Part shown: piece by piece, positions 17,920-27,741 of the stretch | How positions within the stretch are numbered: the first letter of the stretch is position 1 | Layout of the letters: each line of letters starts with the position of its first letter | Virus record (IMG/VR): IMGVR_UViG_2711768000_000011 | From: a virus | Lineage: Duplodnaviria; Heunggongvirae; Uroviricota; Caudoviricetes | Reading direction: 5' to 3' (one strand) | Length of the DNA: 43,481 nt | Notes under the pieces: model-generated | What the model was told of the DNA's origin: nothing | The model's database searches: none | What the model saw: only the letters and a program-made list of their open reading frames with translations | Made by a program: the position numbers and the translations under genes

Positions 17920-18348
17920 ATGGGTTTTCGTAGCGCATCAATTCTTACGTTGATTATTAGTGGGATTATTATCGGGTGCACTGATGCTGTATCGACAAAT
18001 TATCATGACCGTACATCATATTACTCCGATAAAGCAATAGAGACACAGTATGTGAGTTCATCTGAACGTACTTCTGATGTTAGTGAGGATATCCGTCTGT
18101 ATGCCCATCAAATCAAGAGCGCCATCGAAAAACAGTTCGGGGATGCGAGTAAGTATTCAGGAAAAGAGTGTACACTGAGAATGCATATGGCCCCGAATGG
18201 CCTTCTACTGGAGGTTAAAAGAGAAAGTGGAGACCTCGATTTATGTCGTGAAGCGATGAATGCGATAAAGAATGCTGATATACCTGCCCCCCCTTCGCCG
18301 GAAGTATATAAAGTATTTCAAAATGGGGTGCTGGATTTTAAACCCTGA
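17920..18348 (+). CDS. Predicted lipoprotein, 142 aa (lipobox IIGC)
   Basis: Signal peptide and lipobox. C-terminal region is paralogous to the next gene (shared C.L.M...G, PEVY.FQ.G.D motifs). Confidence 0.7.
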   Translation: MGFRSASILTLIISGIIIGCTDAVSTNYHDRTSYYSDKAIETQYVSSSERTSDVSEDIRLYAHQIKSAIEKQFGDASKYSGKECTLRMHMAPNGLLLEVKRESGDLDLCREAMNAIKNADIPAPPSPEVYKVFQNGVLDFKP

Positions 18349-18498
18349 TATTTATTGTTTTGTAATAAACGGTTTCGGCTTAGGTTTGTTCTGACACAGC
18401 TACGGCACTGAGCTAAATTTAGCGGATAGTCAGCTCTGAGCCAGTGGCGGACGTAACAACTACTATTGCTGAGATTTTAATGGATTGAGGAGCAAGAA

Positions 18499-18894
18499 GT
18501 GGGATTAAAGAAAATCGTTATGTTGACTTTTTGGGTCGGTTTTGTTGCGGGATGCACACCTTTACACCCTTCAGATTGCCACAAAACTACTGCTACAGGT
18601 AGTTGCAGTTCAGGACGCTGGGATGATCAGGATGAATGGGGGGCGCAAGCGCGGGGAATCAGAGCTGCAATTAATGCCAAACTTGATGAGCCGCATAACT
18701 GGAAAGGGAAAAAATGCAGGTTGCATATGGAATTCTCTCAGGATGGCACGGCGTTAAAAATATCTACCAGTAACGGTGATAAAGCCTATTGCGAAGCGAT
18801 AAAGTCCGCAGCTCATAAAGCCAAATTTCCGGCCTTCAACAATCCGGAAGTCTACAGAGATTTTCAGAAATCTGGCTTTGACATGCGAGGTTAG
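18499..18894 (+). CDS. Predicted lipoprotein, 131 aa (lipobox VAGC), paralogue of the previous gene
   Basis: GTG start with GAGGAG SD. Signal peptide MGLKKIVMLTFWVGFVAGC. Conserved C-terminal domain shared with 17920-18348. Confidence 0.65.
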   Translation: MGLKKIVMLTFWVGFVAGCTPLHPSDCHKTTATGSCSSGRWDDQDEWGAQARGIRAAINAKLDEPHNWKGKKCRLHMEFSQDGTALKISTSNGDKAYCEAIKSAAHKAKFPAFNNPEVYRDFQKSGFDMRG

Positions 18895-19145
18895 CTCTTC
18901 AATTACTATATCTCATTCATAGCAAACTGACAGATTTGATGATGTTCTATATACGAAACCTGTGATGTCAAGTCTGAGCTAATACAAATAAACATAATAT
19001 CAGAGAAATACATTTTATTAGCTCGCTACGGCGAGCTTTTTATATTGCATCGTCTCCAGCATATATATCAATTAAGGCTCTGATTGATGTGTCTGAAAGC
19101 CTACACATAATAACTATGCCATCCGTTCCGTGCGGAGGTGAGGCT

Positions 19146-19361
19146 ATGAAATCCATGGACAAAATTTCAACAGGCATTGCCTACGGCACCTCCGCAGGCA
19201 GTGCTGGCTACTGGTTTTTACAGTTGCTCGATAGAGTAACTCCGTCACAGTGGGCTGCAATCGGTGTGCTGGGTAGTCTGGTATTTGGCCTGCTGACGTA
19301 CCTGACAAACCTTTATTTCAAGATTAAAGAAGATAAGCGCAAGGCTGCGAGAGGTGAATAA
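19146..19361 (+). CDS. Holin, 71 aa, with dual-start motif MKSM
   Basis: [26 protein letters not shown]... with hydrophobic segments and a charged C-terminus. Resembles DLP12 EssD. Confidence 0.8.
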   Translation: MKSMDKISTGIAYGTSAGSAGYWFLQLLDRVTPSQWAAIGVLGSLVFGLLTYLTNLYFKIKEDKRKAARGE

Positions 19362-19858
19362 TGCCTCCATCATTACGAAAAGTCGTTGCTGCTGCTATTG
19401 GTGGCGGAGCAATTGCTATAGCATCAGTGTTAATCACTGGCCCAAGTGGTAACGATGGTCTGGAAGGTGTCAGCTACATACCATACAAAGATATTGTTGG
19501 TGTATGGACTGTATGTCACGGGCATACAGGAAAAGACATCATGCTCGGTAAAACGTATACCAAAGCAGAATGCAAAACACTCTTGAATAAAGACCTTGCC
19601 ACTGTCGCCAGACAAATTAACCCGTACATCAAAGTCGATATACCGGAAACAACGCGCGGCGCTCTTTACTCATTCGTTTACAACGTGGGTGCTGGCAATT
19701 TCAGAACATCGACGCTTCTTCGCAAAATAAACCAGGGCGATATCAAAGGCGCATGTGATCAGCTACGTCGCTGGACATATGCTGGCGGTAAGCAATGGAA
19801 AGGTCTCATGACTCGTCGTGAGATTGAGCGTGAAATCTGTTTGTGGGGTCAGCAATGA
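19361..19858 (+). CDS. SAR endolysin (T4-lysozyme-like muramidase with N-terminal signal-anchor-release domain), 165 aa
   Basis: N-terminal Gly/Ala-rich hydrophobic segment [20 protein letters not shown] followed by a lysozyme domain. Start overlaps the holin stop (TAATG). Confidence 0.85.
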   Translation: MPPSLRKVVAAAIGGGAIAIASVLITGPSGNDGLEGVSYIPYKDIVGVWTVCHGHTGKDIMLGKTYTKAECKTLLNKDLATVARQINPYIKVDIPETTRGALYSFVYNVGAGNFRTSTLLRKINQGDIKGACDQLRRWTYAGGKQWKGLMTRREIEREICLWGQQ

Positions 19859-20319
19859 ACAGAGTAACCGCGATTATCTCCGCTCTGGTTATCTGCATCA
19901 TCGTCTGCCTGTCATGGGCTGTTAATCATTACCGTGATAACGCCATTACCTACAAAGCCCAGCGCGACAAAAATGCCAGAGAACTGAAGCTGGCGAACGC
20001 GGCAATTACTGACATGCAGATGCGTCAGCGTGATGTTGCTGCGCTCGATGCAAAATACACGAAGGAGTTAGCTGATGCGAAAGCTGAAAATGATGCTCTG
20101 CGTGATGATGTTGCCGCTGGTCGTCGTCGGTTGCACATCAAAGCAGTCTGTCAGTCAGTGCGTGAAGCCACCACCGCCTCCGGCGTGGATAATGCAGCCT
20201 CCCCCCGACTGGCAGACACCGCTGAACGGGATTATTTCACCCTCCGGGAACGACTGGTAATGATGCAGGCCCAACTTGAAGGTGCTCAGCAATACATAAC
20301 CGAGCAGTGTTTAAAGTAA
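19855..20319 (+). CDS. Rz i-spanin, about 154 aa
   Basis: N-terminal transmembrane segment and coiled-coil periplasmic domain. ATGA overlap with the endolysin. Confidence 0.8.
   Translation: MNRVTAIISALVICIIVCLSWAVNHYRDNAITYKAQRDKNARELKLANAAITDMQMRQRDVAALDAKYTKELADAKAENDALRDDVAAGRRRLHIKAVCQSVREATTASGVDNAASPRLADTAERDYFTLRERLVMMQAQLEGAQQYITEQCLK
20075..20260 (+). CDS. Rz1 o-spanin lipoprotein embedded in the +1 frame of Rz, 61 aa
   Basis: Lipobox LVVVGC and proline-rich mature region (PPPPPAW...PPPDW), entirely inside Rz. Confidence 0.8.
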   Translation: MRKLKMMLCVMMLPLVVVGCTSKQSVSQCVKPPPPPAWIMQPPPDWQTPLNGIISPSGNDW

Positions 20320-20456
20320 AATCTTAACTACAATATGATTCATTTTGATGATTGTTTCATAAGGAACAGTGAAGTAAGATCTAAGAGGAGTTAAATTTTA
20401 TACAGTATAATCATAATATTGCAGCAAGGTGGTTATAATTGAAAGAATATTTAGAT

Positions 20457-21914
20457 ATGAATACATCTCATGTAAGAGTTGTTACTCATATGTGTGGGTT
20501 CCTGGTTTGGCTCTATAGTCTTTCAATGTTGCCACCAATGGTTGTAGCATTGTTTTATAAAGAAAAAAGCCTGTTCGTTTTCTTTATAACTTTCGTTATA
20601 TTTTTTTGCATTGGTGGCGGAGCGTGGTATACAACTAAGAAATCTGGCATTCAATTACGTACCCGTGATGGGTTTATTATAATTGTAATGTTTTGGATTT
20701 TGTTTTCTGTTATTAGTGCATTCCCTTTATGGATTGACTCAGAACTTAATTTAACGTTCATTGATGCTCTGTTTGAAGGGGTTTCTGGAATAACAACAAC
20801 AGGAGCAACTGTAATTGATGATGTTAGTTCATTACCTCGGGCATATTTGTACTATCGGTCACAGTTAAATTTTATAGGTGGTTTAGGAGTTATTGTTCTG
20901 GCGGTTGCAGTATTGCCATTATTGGGTATTGGTGGTGCAAAGCTTTATCAGTCAGAAATGCCGGGGCCATTTAAGGATGACAAACTCACTCCCCGCCTGG
21001 CCGATACGTCACGGACACTGTGGATAACTTATTCTTTATTAGGTATTGCTTGTATTGTCTGTTATAGACTTGCAGGAATGCCTTTGTTTGATGCTATTTG
21101 TCACGGGATTTCCACAGTTTCGCTTGGTGGTTTCTCAACTCATAGCGAGAGTATCGGATATTTTAATAACTATTTGGTTGAGCTGGTGGCTGGTTCTTTT
21201 TCCCTGCTATCGGCTTTCAACTTCACTCTTTGGTATATTGTTATTAGCAGAAAAACGATAAAACCTTTAATCAGAGATATTGAACTTCGTTTCTTTCTGT
21301 TAATAGCCTTAGGGGTGATCATTGTTACCTCTTTCCAGGTCTGGCATATAGGTATGTATGACTTGCATGGAAGTTTTATTCATTCGTTTTTTCTTGCCAG
21401 CTCCATGCTCACTGATAATGGTTTAGCTACGCAGGATTATGCAAACTGGCCCACGCACACGATAGTGTTTTTGCTGTTGTCAAGTTTCTTTGGGGGATGT
21501 ATAGGTTCAACCTGTGGTGGAATTAAGTCACTTCGATTTCTTATACTTTTCAAACAAAGCAAACACGAGATAAATCAGCTTTCTCATCCCAGAGCGTTGT
21601 TGAGTGTAAATGTAGGAGGGAAGATAGTTACAGATCGTGTAATGAGGTCTGTATGGAGTTTCTTTTTTCTTTATACTCTCTTCACGGTGTTTTTTATACT
21701 GGTGTTAAATGGTATGGGATATGATTTTCTTACATCATTTGCAACAGTGGCTGCATGTATTAATAATATGGGATTAGGTTTTGGGGCTACTGCATCGTCA
21801 TTCGGAGTGCTTAATGACATTGCAAAATATTTAATGTGCATAGCTATGATTCTTGGTCGCCTTGAAATTTATCCTGTTATTATATTGTTTTCAGGTTTTT
21901 TTTGGCGCTCCTAA
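20457..21914 (+). CDS. trkG: TrkG potassium uptake protein (TrkH family), 485 aa
   Basis: Multi-pass membrane protein from MNTSHVRVVTHMCGFLVW. Recognised as Rac TrkG. Low GC. Confidence 0.9.
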   Translation: MNTSHVRVVTHMCGFLVWLYSLSMLPPMVVALFYKEKSLFVFFITFVIFFCIGGGAWYTTKKSGIQLRTRDGFIIIVMFWILFSVISAFPLWIDSELNLTFIDALFEGVSGITTTGATVIDDVSSLPRAYLYYRSQLNFIGGLGVIVLAVAVLPLLGIGGAKLYQSEMPGPFKDDKLTPRLADTSRTLWITYSLLGIACIVCYRLAGMPLFDAICHGISTVSLGGFSTHSESIGYFNNYLVELVAGSFSLLSAFNFTLWYIVISRKTIKPLIRDIELRFFLLIALGVIIVTSFQVWHIGMYDLHGSFIHSFFLASSMLTDNGLATQDYANWPTHTIVFLLLSSFFGGCIGSTCGGIKSLRFLILFKQSKHEINQLSHPRALLSVNVGGKIVTDRVMRSVWSFFFLYTLFTVFFILVLNGMGYDFLTSFATVAACINNMGLGFGATASSFGVLNDIAKYLMCIAMILGRLEIYPVIILFSGFFWRS

Positions 21915-22000
21915 TATATGGCTGATTTATAATTGTGAGTTTAATATTATGTTGACTCACTCATTGATCCAATACCTAACTTTACCAGCAACACCTCCGC

Positions 22001-22035
22001 CCCCAGTAGCACTGGCTGCTGGGGTGCGTTTTATT
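22001..22035 (+). terminator. Possible terminator after trkG (CCCCAG...CTGGGG then GCGTTTTATT)
   Basis: 6-bp stem with 12-nt loop; the T-run starts 4 nt after the stem. Weak. Confidence 0.3.
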
Positions 22036-22051
22036 CATAAAGCAAGGCTGT

Positions 22052-22840
22052 ATGAGCGAGAAATTAAAGATAGTCTATCGCCCATTACAAGAATTGTCAC
22101 CGTATGCGCACAACGCCAGGACGCACAGTACTGAGCAGGTGGCACAACTGGTAGAAAGTATTAAGCAATTCGGCTGGACTAATCCGGTGCTGATTGACGA
22201 AAAGGGCGAAATTATTGCGGGTCACGGTCGTGTTATGGCGGCTGAAATGCTCAAAATGGATTCTGTTCCGGTCATTGTTCTGTCTGGCCTGACGGATGAG
22301 CAGAAAAAGGCGTACCGCCTGGCAGATAATCGCCTGCCGATGAATGCTGGCTGGGATGAAGATCTGTTGCGGATGGAGCTGTCGGACCTAATCAATGCTG
22401 ATTTTGATGTCTCCCTGACAGGCTTCATCCCGGCAGAAATTGATGAACTGTTGACGGATGTTTTGCCCGGTACAGGAAATGAGGAGGAGCCGTATACGAC
22501 GAAAATTGATACGCCTGTTTATGAGCCGTCAGGCGGTAAACCGGATATCAGTGAACTGTACGACGATACGAAAACTCAGGAGCTGATCAGCCGGATACGT
22601 TCGGCGTCCCTTGATCCTGATATTGAGAAATTCCTCCTGTGTGCAGCAGAACGTCACACGGTGTTTAATTTCAGCAGAATTGCGGACTATTACGCTCATG
22701 CCCCCGCTGAAATTCAGTGCCTTTTCGAGGAGTCGGCGCTGGTGATCATTGATTATCAGCAGGCTATTGAAAATGGATTTGTCCGAATGACGCAGCGCAT
22801 GGTGGAGATCATGCATGGCGGGGAGGAGGAATATGCGTGA
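22052..22840 (+). CDS. ParB-like nuclease-domain protein, 262 aa
   Basis: N-terminal KIVYRPLQELSPYAHNARTH...IIAGHGRVMAA resembles the ParB/Srx N-domain. C-terminal part is of unknown function. Confidence 0.65.
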   Translation: MSEKLKIVYRPLQELSPYAHNARTHSTEQVAQLVESIKQFGWTNPVLIDEKGEIIAGHGRVMAAEMLKMDSVPVIVLSGLTDEQKKAYRLADNRLPMNAGWDEDLLRMELSDLINADFDVSLTGFIPAEIDELLTDVLPGTGNEEEPYTTKIDTPVYEPSGGKPDISELYDDTKTQELISRIRSASLDPDIEKFLLCAAERHTVFNFSRIADYYAHAPAEIQCLFEESALVIIDYQQAIENGFVRMTQRMVEIMHGGEEEYA

Positions 22841-23765
22841 TGATTTTTGCGCCTTTATTCTGACTCACGGGCGACCGGACAAAGTTCTGACTTACCGGAC
22901 GTTGCGTCGTGCTGGCTATACCGGGAAAATTTTTATCGTTGTTGATGATGAAGATAAGACACGGCATCAGTACATGGCTGAATTTGGTGAACAGGTGCTG
23001 GTATTTTCCAAAGCCGATATTGCTAGTCGTTTTGACGAAGCCGATAATTTTAGTGACCGCCGCTCAATTTTTTACGCCCGTAATGCCTGTTTCGACCAGG
23101 CAAAACTGGTCGGGTGTAAATACTTCATTCAGCTCGATGATGATTATCACGAGTTCCAGTTTCGGGTGGATCGCAACTATGACCAGGCCTATTTCCCGAT
23201 AAGGAAACTGGATGAGATCCTTTCTGAAATGCTTGCGTACTACGAATCAATACCTGCTCTTTCCATCGCTATGTCGCAGGGCGGGGATTTTCTTGGTGAC
23301 AATGGCGGCCATGCTTCGTGGGTGAAACGCAAGGCAATGAACAGCTTTATCTGTTCGGTTGATCGACCGTTCTCATTCATGGGGCGCATTAACGAGGATG
23401 TGAATACGTACACGAATCTCGGTCGCTGTGGTGAATTGTTTATGACGATCGGTGCTGTCCAGTTAGGGCAGAAACAGACGCAGAAAAACAGCGGCGGAAT
23501 GACCGAGCTGTATCTGGATTCCGGAACCTACGTTAAAAGTTTTTACTCCGTCATGTATGCGCCGTCGTGCGTAAAAATCTCACTTATGGGTGCCAGTCAT
23601 AAACGCATTCACCATCAGGTCACCTGGAACAACGCTGCAGTAAAAATCCTTCACGAAAAATACAGGAAGAAGACACCCTGCATATCAATGGGGGTGACAA
23701 ATGATTCCGTATTCGAAAGTCGAGTCTCTGGCAGCGTGCCGGATGACTGCACAACAAATCGCTGA
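22833..23765 (+). CDS. Hypothetical protein, about 310 aa, with weak GT-A-like (nucleotide-sugar transferase) features
   Basis: ATG 22833 with GGAGGAGG SD, overlapping the upstream stop by 8 nt. Hydrophobic strand followed by VVDDEDK and later QLDDDYHEF (DxD-like). Fold assignment is tentative. Confidence 0.55.
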   Translation: MRDDFCAFILTHGRPDKVLTYRTLRRAGYTGKIFIVVDDEDKTRHQYMAEFGEQVLVFSKADIASRFDEADNFSDRRSIFYARNACFDQAKLVGCKYFIQLDDDYHEFQFRVDRNYDQAYFPIRKLDEILSEMLAYYESIPALSIAMSQGGDFLGDNGGHASWVKRKAMNSFICSVDRPFSFMGRINEDVNTYTNLGRCGELFMTIGAVQLGQKQTQKNSGGMTELYLDSGTYVKSFYSVMYAPSCVKISLMGASHKRIHHQVTWNNAAVKILHEKYRKKTPCISMGVTNDSVFESRVSGSVPDDCTTNR

Positions 23766-23952
23766 CGTTCTGGATGTTGATCTGAACCGACTGAAAGAAA
23801 ATCGGGAAGCAATGACAGATTTTTATGCGGCCATCCGTAAGGGCAGAGCGAAAGGTGAAGCCGAGTTACGAGCGGCATTGTTTAAGCTTGCCAGAAAAGG
23901 GGATGCCTTTGCTCTGCGCGAACTACTCAGGGTGGATAAAAATCAGGACTAA
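23701..23952 (+). CDS. Small helix-rich protein, 83 aa, possible DNA-binding accessory protein upstream of terminase
   Basis: GGGGGTGA SD before ATG 23701. Overlaps the previous gene by 65 nt in another frame, so the start is uncertain. Confidence 0.4.
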   Translation: MIPYSKVESLAACRMTAQQIADVLDVDLNRLKENREAMTDFYAAIRKGRAKGEAELRAALFKLARKGDAFALRELLRVDKNQD

Positions 23953-23955
23953 CTG

Positions 23956-25050
23956 ATGAGCAGACCGGACTGGGGGGCGTTGCAGCAGGAGTATATTGCT
24001 GAATACACCCGCTCCGGTATATCTCCGGTGGCATGGTGTGAAGCAAGGGGACTGAATTACGCAACAGCCCGTCGTTACATCAAAAAAACTCCGAAAAATG
24101 CGCAGACAGAAATGTGCAAAACTGCGCAAAAAAGTGCGCAGAAAAAATCTGCGCAGACTGCACAAAAGCGGAACGAAAAATCTCAGGAAAAAAAGCCAGT
24201 ATTCGATGCGGGCCTGAATGAGGGCGACGCGGAGGAATTTTCGTTCTGTCCCGATGAATTCGGCATTTCTGACCAGCAGGCTAAGTTTGCGATGCTTGTT
24301 GCTCAGGGTAAAAAGCCGACAGAGGCGTACCGACTAGCCGGTTATGAGGGGCAAGGTGCGACAGCTAACAGCAACGCCAGTCGTATGCTTAGAAATGCCA
24401 GGGTTTTTCGCGCTATCAGCTACTTCCGCAATCAGTACCAGAAACGCTATACCGCAGACCTGGATTTACTAGTGAGTCAGTTGATGGCTATTGTCCTGGC
24501 CGACCCCAATCAGCTTGCACAATTTCGCCGTGTTAACTGCCGTTATTGCTGGGGCGAGAATCATCTCTACCAGTGGCGCGATATAGCAGAATTCGACAAG
24601 GCAGCGGCGCAGGCTTCCAGAGATGGCAAACCCGAACCGGAATATGGAGGCCTCGGCTTTGTTGATAACGCCATACCCAATCCGGACTGCCCGAAGTGCT
24701 GCGGTGAGGGAACGGGACAGCTTTATATGGCTGATACCACTCTGCTTGATGGGGATGCGCGGCAATTATATGCAGGGGCAAAATTCGGAAAATTCGGCGT
24801 TGAGATCCTGCTGGAGGATAAGGCTGCCGCCCGGCGTGAATTGTTGCGTTTGTTTTCTGCTGGCGGGGCTTTATGTGCAGATAAGCGGCTACGGGAACTG
24901 GAAATTGAACGGCGCAGAATGGAAAACCAGAAGCTGCGCAAAGAGATCGAAACGGTGGAAGATAATGAACATCCCCAGCCTGTGGCGATCAATATTAATG
25001 TGGTTGATGCCAGAGTAAGGAGTGATGAAGATGATCTCTCCGACGCTTAA
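23956..25050 (+). CDS. Terminase small subunit-like protein, 364 aa
   Basis: Central FAMLVAQGKKPTEAYRLAGYEG...ASRMLRNARV matches the terminase small-subunit (Terminase_2-type) signature. Lies immediately upstream of the large subunit. Confidence 0.65.
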   Translation: MSRPDWGALQQEYIAEYTRSGISPVAWCEARGLNYATARRYIKKTPKNAQTEMCKTAQKSAQKKSAQTAQKRNEKSQEKKPVFDAGLNEGDAEEFSFCPDEFGISDQQAKFAMLVAQGKKPTEAYRLAGYEGQGATANSNASRMLRNARVFRAISYFRNQYQKRYTADLDLLVSQLMAIVLADPNQLAQFRRVNCRYCWGENHLYQWRDIAEFDKAAAQASRDGKPEPEYGGLGFVDNAIPNPDCPKCCGEGTGQLYMADTTLLDGDARQLYAGAKFGKFGVEILLEDKAAARRELLRLFSAGGALCADKRLRELEIERRRMENQKLRKEIETVEDNEHPQPVAININVVDARVRSDEDDLSDA

Positions 25051-26332
25051 TGTGCCTCAGGCGCGATTTCTTTCAATGCCCCATAAATTTAAAGCCTATA
25101 TTGCTGGTTTTGGCTCGGGCAAAACATGGGTTGGGTGTGGCGGCATATGCAAGGGGATTTGGGAGCATCCAGGTATAAATCAGGGATATTTTGCGCCAAC
25201 GTATCCCCAAATTCGCGATATTTTTTACCCTACAGTGGAAGAAGTTGCTGCTGACTGGGGATTGAACGTAAAAATTAATGAGGGAAATAAAGAGGTTCAC
25301 TTTTATTACGGACGCCAGTATCGGGGAACCACTATCTGCAGATCGATGGAGAAGCCACAAACGATCGTCGGTTTCAAAATTGGTAATGCGTTGGTGGATG
25401 AACTGGACATTTTGCCGAAGGAAAAAGCCAGAACGGCGTGGCGCAAGATAATTGCACGTATGCGTTATAAGATTGATGGACTTCGCAACGGTATTGACGT
25501 TACAACCACGCCGGAAGGATTCAAATTTGTCTACGAGCAGTTTGTTAAAGCCGTGCGTGAAAAAACAGAGCTGGCCTCACTGTATGGTCTGGTGCAGGCA
25601 TCTACTTTCGATAATGAAAAGAACCTGCCAGCAGATTACATTCCTTCGCTTCTTGAATCATACCCTCCAGAGCTGATTAAAGCCTATCTTCGAGGACAGT
25701 TTACTAACCTGACAAGTGGTACTGTTTACCATCAGTTTGACCGGAAACTGAATAATTGCGAAGAAGTGGAGCAGCCAGGGGAGCCGATTTATATTGGGAT
25801 GGATTTTAACGTTGGAAAGATGGCGGGAATCGTCCATGTGCTGCGTTTGGGGCTTCCATGTGCGGTAACTGAAATCATCAATGCCTACGATACGCCGGAT
25901 ATGATCCGCATCATTAAAGAACGCTTCTGGCTGTATGATGGGAATGATTACCGGAAAGTGAGGGAAATTTATATTTATCCAGATGCTTCCGGGGATTCCA
26001 GAAAATCAAGTAACGCAAGTACGACGGATATAGCCCAGCTTAAGCAGGCTGGTTTTAACGTTGTGGTGAACAGCTCGAACCCGCCAGTAAAAGATCGCGT
26101 TAACTCAATGAATGCAATGTTCTGCAATGCCAATGGTGAGCGTCGCTATAAAGTTAATGTGAAGCGTTGCCCGTTATATGCCGAATCTCTGGAGCAACAG
26201 GTCTGGGATGAGAAGGGGGAGCCTGATAAAAAATCTGGCAATGATCACCCGAATGATGCCGGAGGTTATTTCATCGTTAAGCAATTCCCTATTGTCAAAC
26301 CGACCGGAAGAGTCACATCACTTCGGATTTAA
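25022..26332 (+). CDS. Terminase large subunit, 436 aa
   Basis: Walker A AGFGSGKTW near the N-terminus and acidic nuclease-domain residues later. Start could be ATG 25025. Confidence 0.8.
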   Translation: MMKMISPTLNVPQARFLSMPHKFKAYIAGFGSGKTWVGCGGICKGIWEHPGINQGYFAPTYPQIRDIFYPTVEEVAADWGLNVKINEGNKEVHFYYGRQYRGTTICRSMEKPQTIVGFKIGNALVDELDILPKEKARTAWRKIIARMRYKIDGLRNGIDVTTTPEGFKFVYEQFVKAVREKTELASLYGLVQASTFDNEKNLPADYIPSLLESYPPELIKAYLRGQFTNLTSGTVYHQFDRKLNNCEEVEQPGEPIYIGMDFNVGKMAGIVHVLRLGLPCAVTEIINAYDTPDMIRIIKERFWLYDGNDYRKVREIYIYPDASGDSRKSSNASTTDIAQLKQAGFNVVVNSSNPPVKDRVNSMNAMFCNANGERRYKVNVKRCPLYAESLEQQVWDEKGEPDKKSGNDHPNDAGGYFIVKQFPIVKPTGRVTSLRI

Positions 26333-26334
26333 TT

Positions 26335-27741
26335 ATGGCTGATATATCAACACCCAACCTCGACTATAACGATATGCTGGAGGCGTGGGATATTAACGAC
26401 GCACTGATGGGCGGTACGCTTGAAATGCGCAGGCAGGGGGAAAATTATCTCCCAAAATGGCCTAACGAAGATGAAGACGCTTATAAAAAACGCCTGTCTG
26501 TGGCTACGCTACTTCCTGTGTATGAAGAAAGCATCAAGCAAAATATTGGGCGCATATTTGCAGAGCCGACAGTATTGAGTGAGGAAACGCCGGCAAAAAT
26601 CAGGGAATATGCAGAAAATATCGACATGGAGGGGAGCCGACTGGATGTGTGGGCGCAGCAATTTTTCAGCCTCGCATTTCAGTATGGTGTGGCACATGCG
26701 CTGGTGGACTATCCACGAACGGATATGAAAGAGATTCGGACAAAAGCCGATGAAAACGCGACCGGTGGTCGTCCGTACGTTACGATGCTGAATCCACGCC
26801 AGGTTATTGGATGGAAATCGAAAGTTGAAAAAGGGAAAGTTGTTCTCACTGATTTGCGTATAAAAGAGGTCATCATTATTGATGGTGATGATTTCGGGCA
26901 GAAGAAGGTGGAGCAGATCCGCCATATTATGCCCCGTCGAGTTGAAATTTATCGACGTAGCGAAGGCACTAATGGCGAATCTGTCTGGACGCTTCATGAG
27001 TCATGGAATACCAGCCGTGATGATATTCCTCTGGTAACACTGTACACGAAGAAAACAGGATTTATGCGTGGTACACCGCCATTGCTTAATCTTGGCTTGC
27101 TGAATATCAAGCACTGGCAAAGCCAGAGCGAGCAGGACAATATTCTTCATGTTGCCCGCGTTCCATTGCTGGTGGCCTACGGGCTGGACAGGAATGAAGA
27201 ACTGACGGTTGGTGCATCCACCGCTACGATTTTTGAGGACAGAACAAAAAATGGCCTCGAATATGTTGAACATAGTGGCGCAGCGATAGAATCTGGCGAA
27301 ACATCACTTGAGAAGCTGGAAAATCAGATGCGTCATGCCGGCGCTAAACTTCTGCGTGCTGAAAATACATCCACCAAATCTGTTGATCAGACTAATGAAG
27401 AGCGAATGCAGGAAAACTCGCCGCTTTATACAATGGCGAACTCCCTCGAAGATGCCCTCGATAATATTCTCCAGATAATGGCGGAATGGATCGGAGAGAG
27501 TTGCGGTGGCAATGTGGATGTGCGCACTGAACTGGATGTATCTGCCCAGGTGTTTGACTCATCCTCCGCGCTGGCTGTTCAGTCATTGCGTCAGGGCGGT
27601 GATATACGTCAGATTGATGCGGTTCGGGTGTTGCAGGCGTTGAAATTTATCGATCAGGATTCCCGTCCAGAGGAAGTGATCGATGAATTAAAAAATCAGA
27701 GTGTAATGCTGATGGAAATCAATGATGCAAACCGTGAATGA
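26335..27741 (+). CDS. Portal protein, 468 aa
   Basis: Large ORF directly after the terminase large subunit with an acidic C-terminus. Assignment by position and size. Confidence 0.6.
   Translation: MADISTPNLDYNDMLEAWDINDALMGGTLEMRRQGENYLPKWPNEDEDAYKKRLSVATLLPVYEESIKQNIGRIFAEPTVLSEETPAKIREYAENIDMEGSRLDVWAQQFFSLAFQYGVAHALVDYPRTDMKEIRTKADENATGGRPYVTMLNPRQVIGWKSKVEKGKVVLTDLRIKEVIIIDGDDFGQKKVEQIRHIMPRRVEIYRRSEGTNGESVWTLHESWNTSRDDIPLVTLYTKKTGFMRGTPPLLNLGLLNIKHWQSQSEQDNILHVARVPLLVAYGLDRNEELTVGASTATIFEDRTKNGLEYVEHSGAAIESGETSLEKLENQMRHAGAKLLRAENTSTKSVDQTNEERMQENSPLYTMANSLEDALDNILQIMAEWIGESCGGNVDVRTELDVSAQVFDSSSALAVQSLRQGGDIRQIDAVRVLQALKFIDQDSRPEEVIDELKNQSVMLMEINDANRE

Noticed and set aside
17269-17981. 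Small ORFs (67-78 aa) on both strands in the AT-rich region after the Q-like gene
   Set aside because: Low-complexity translations in AT-rich DNA; one starts inside a terminator hairpin; no RBS.
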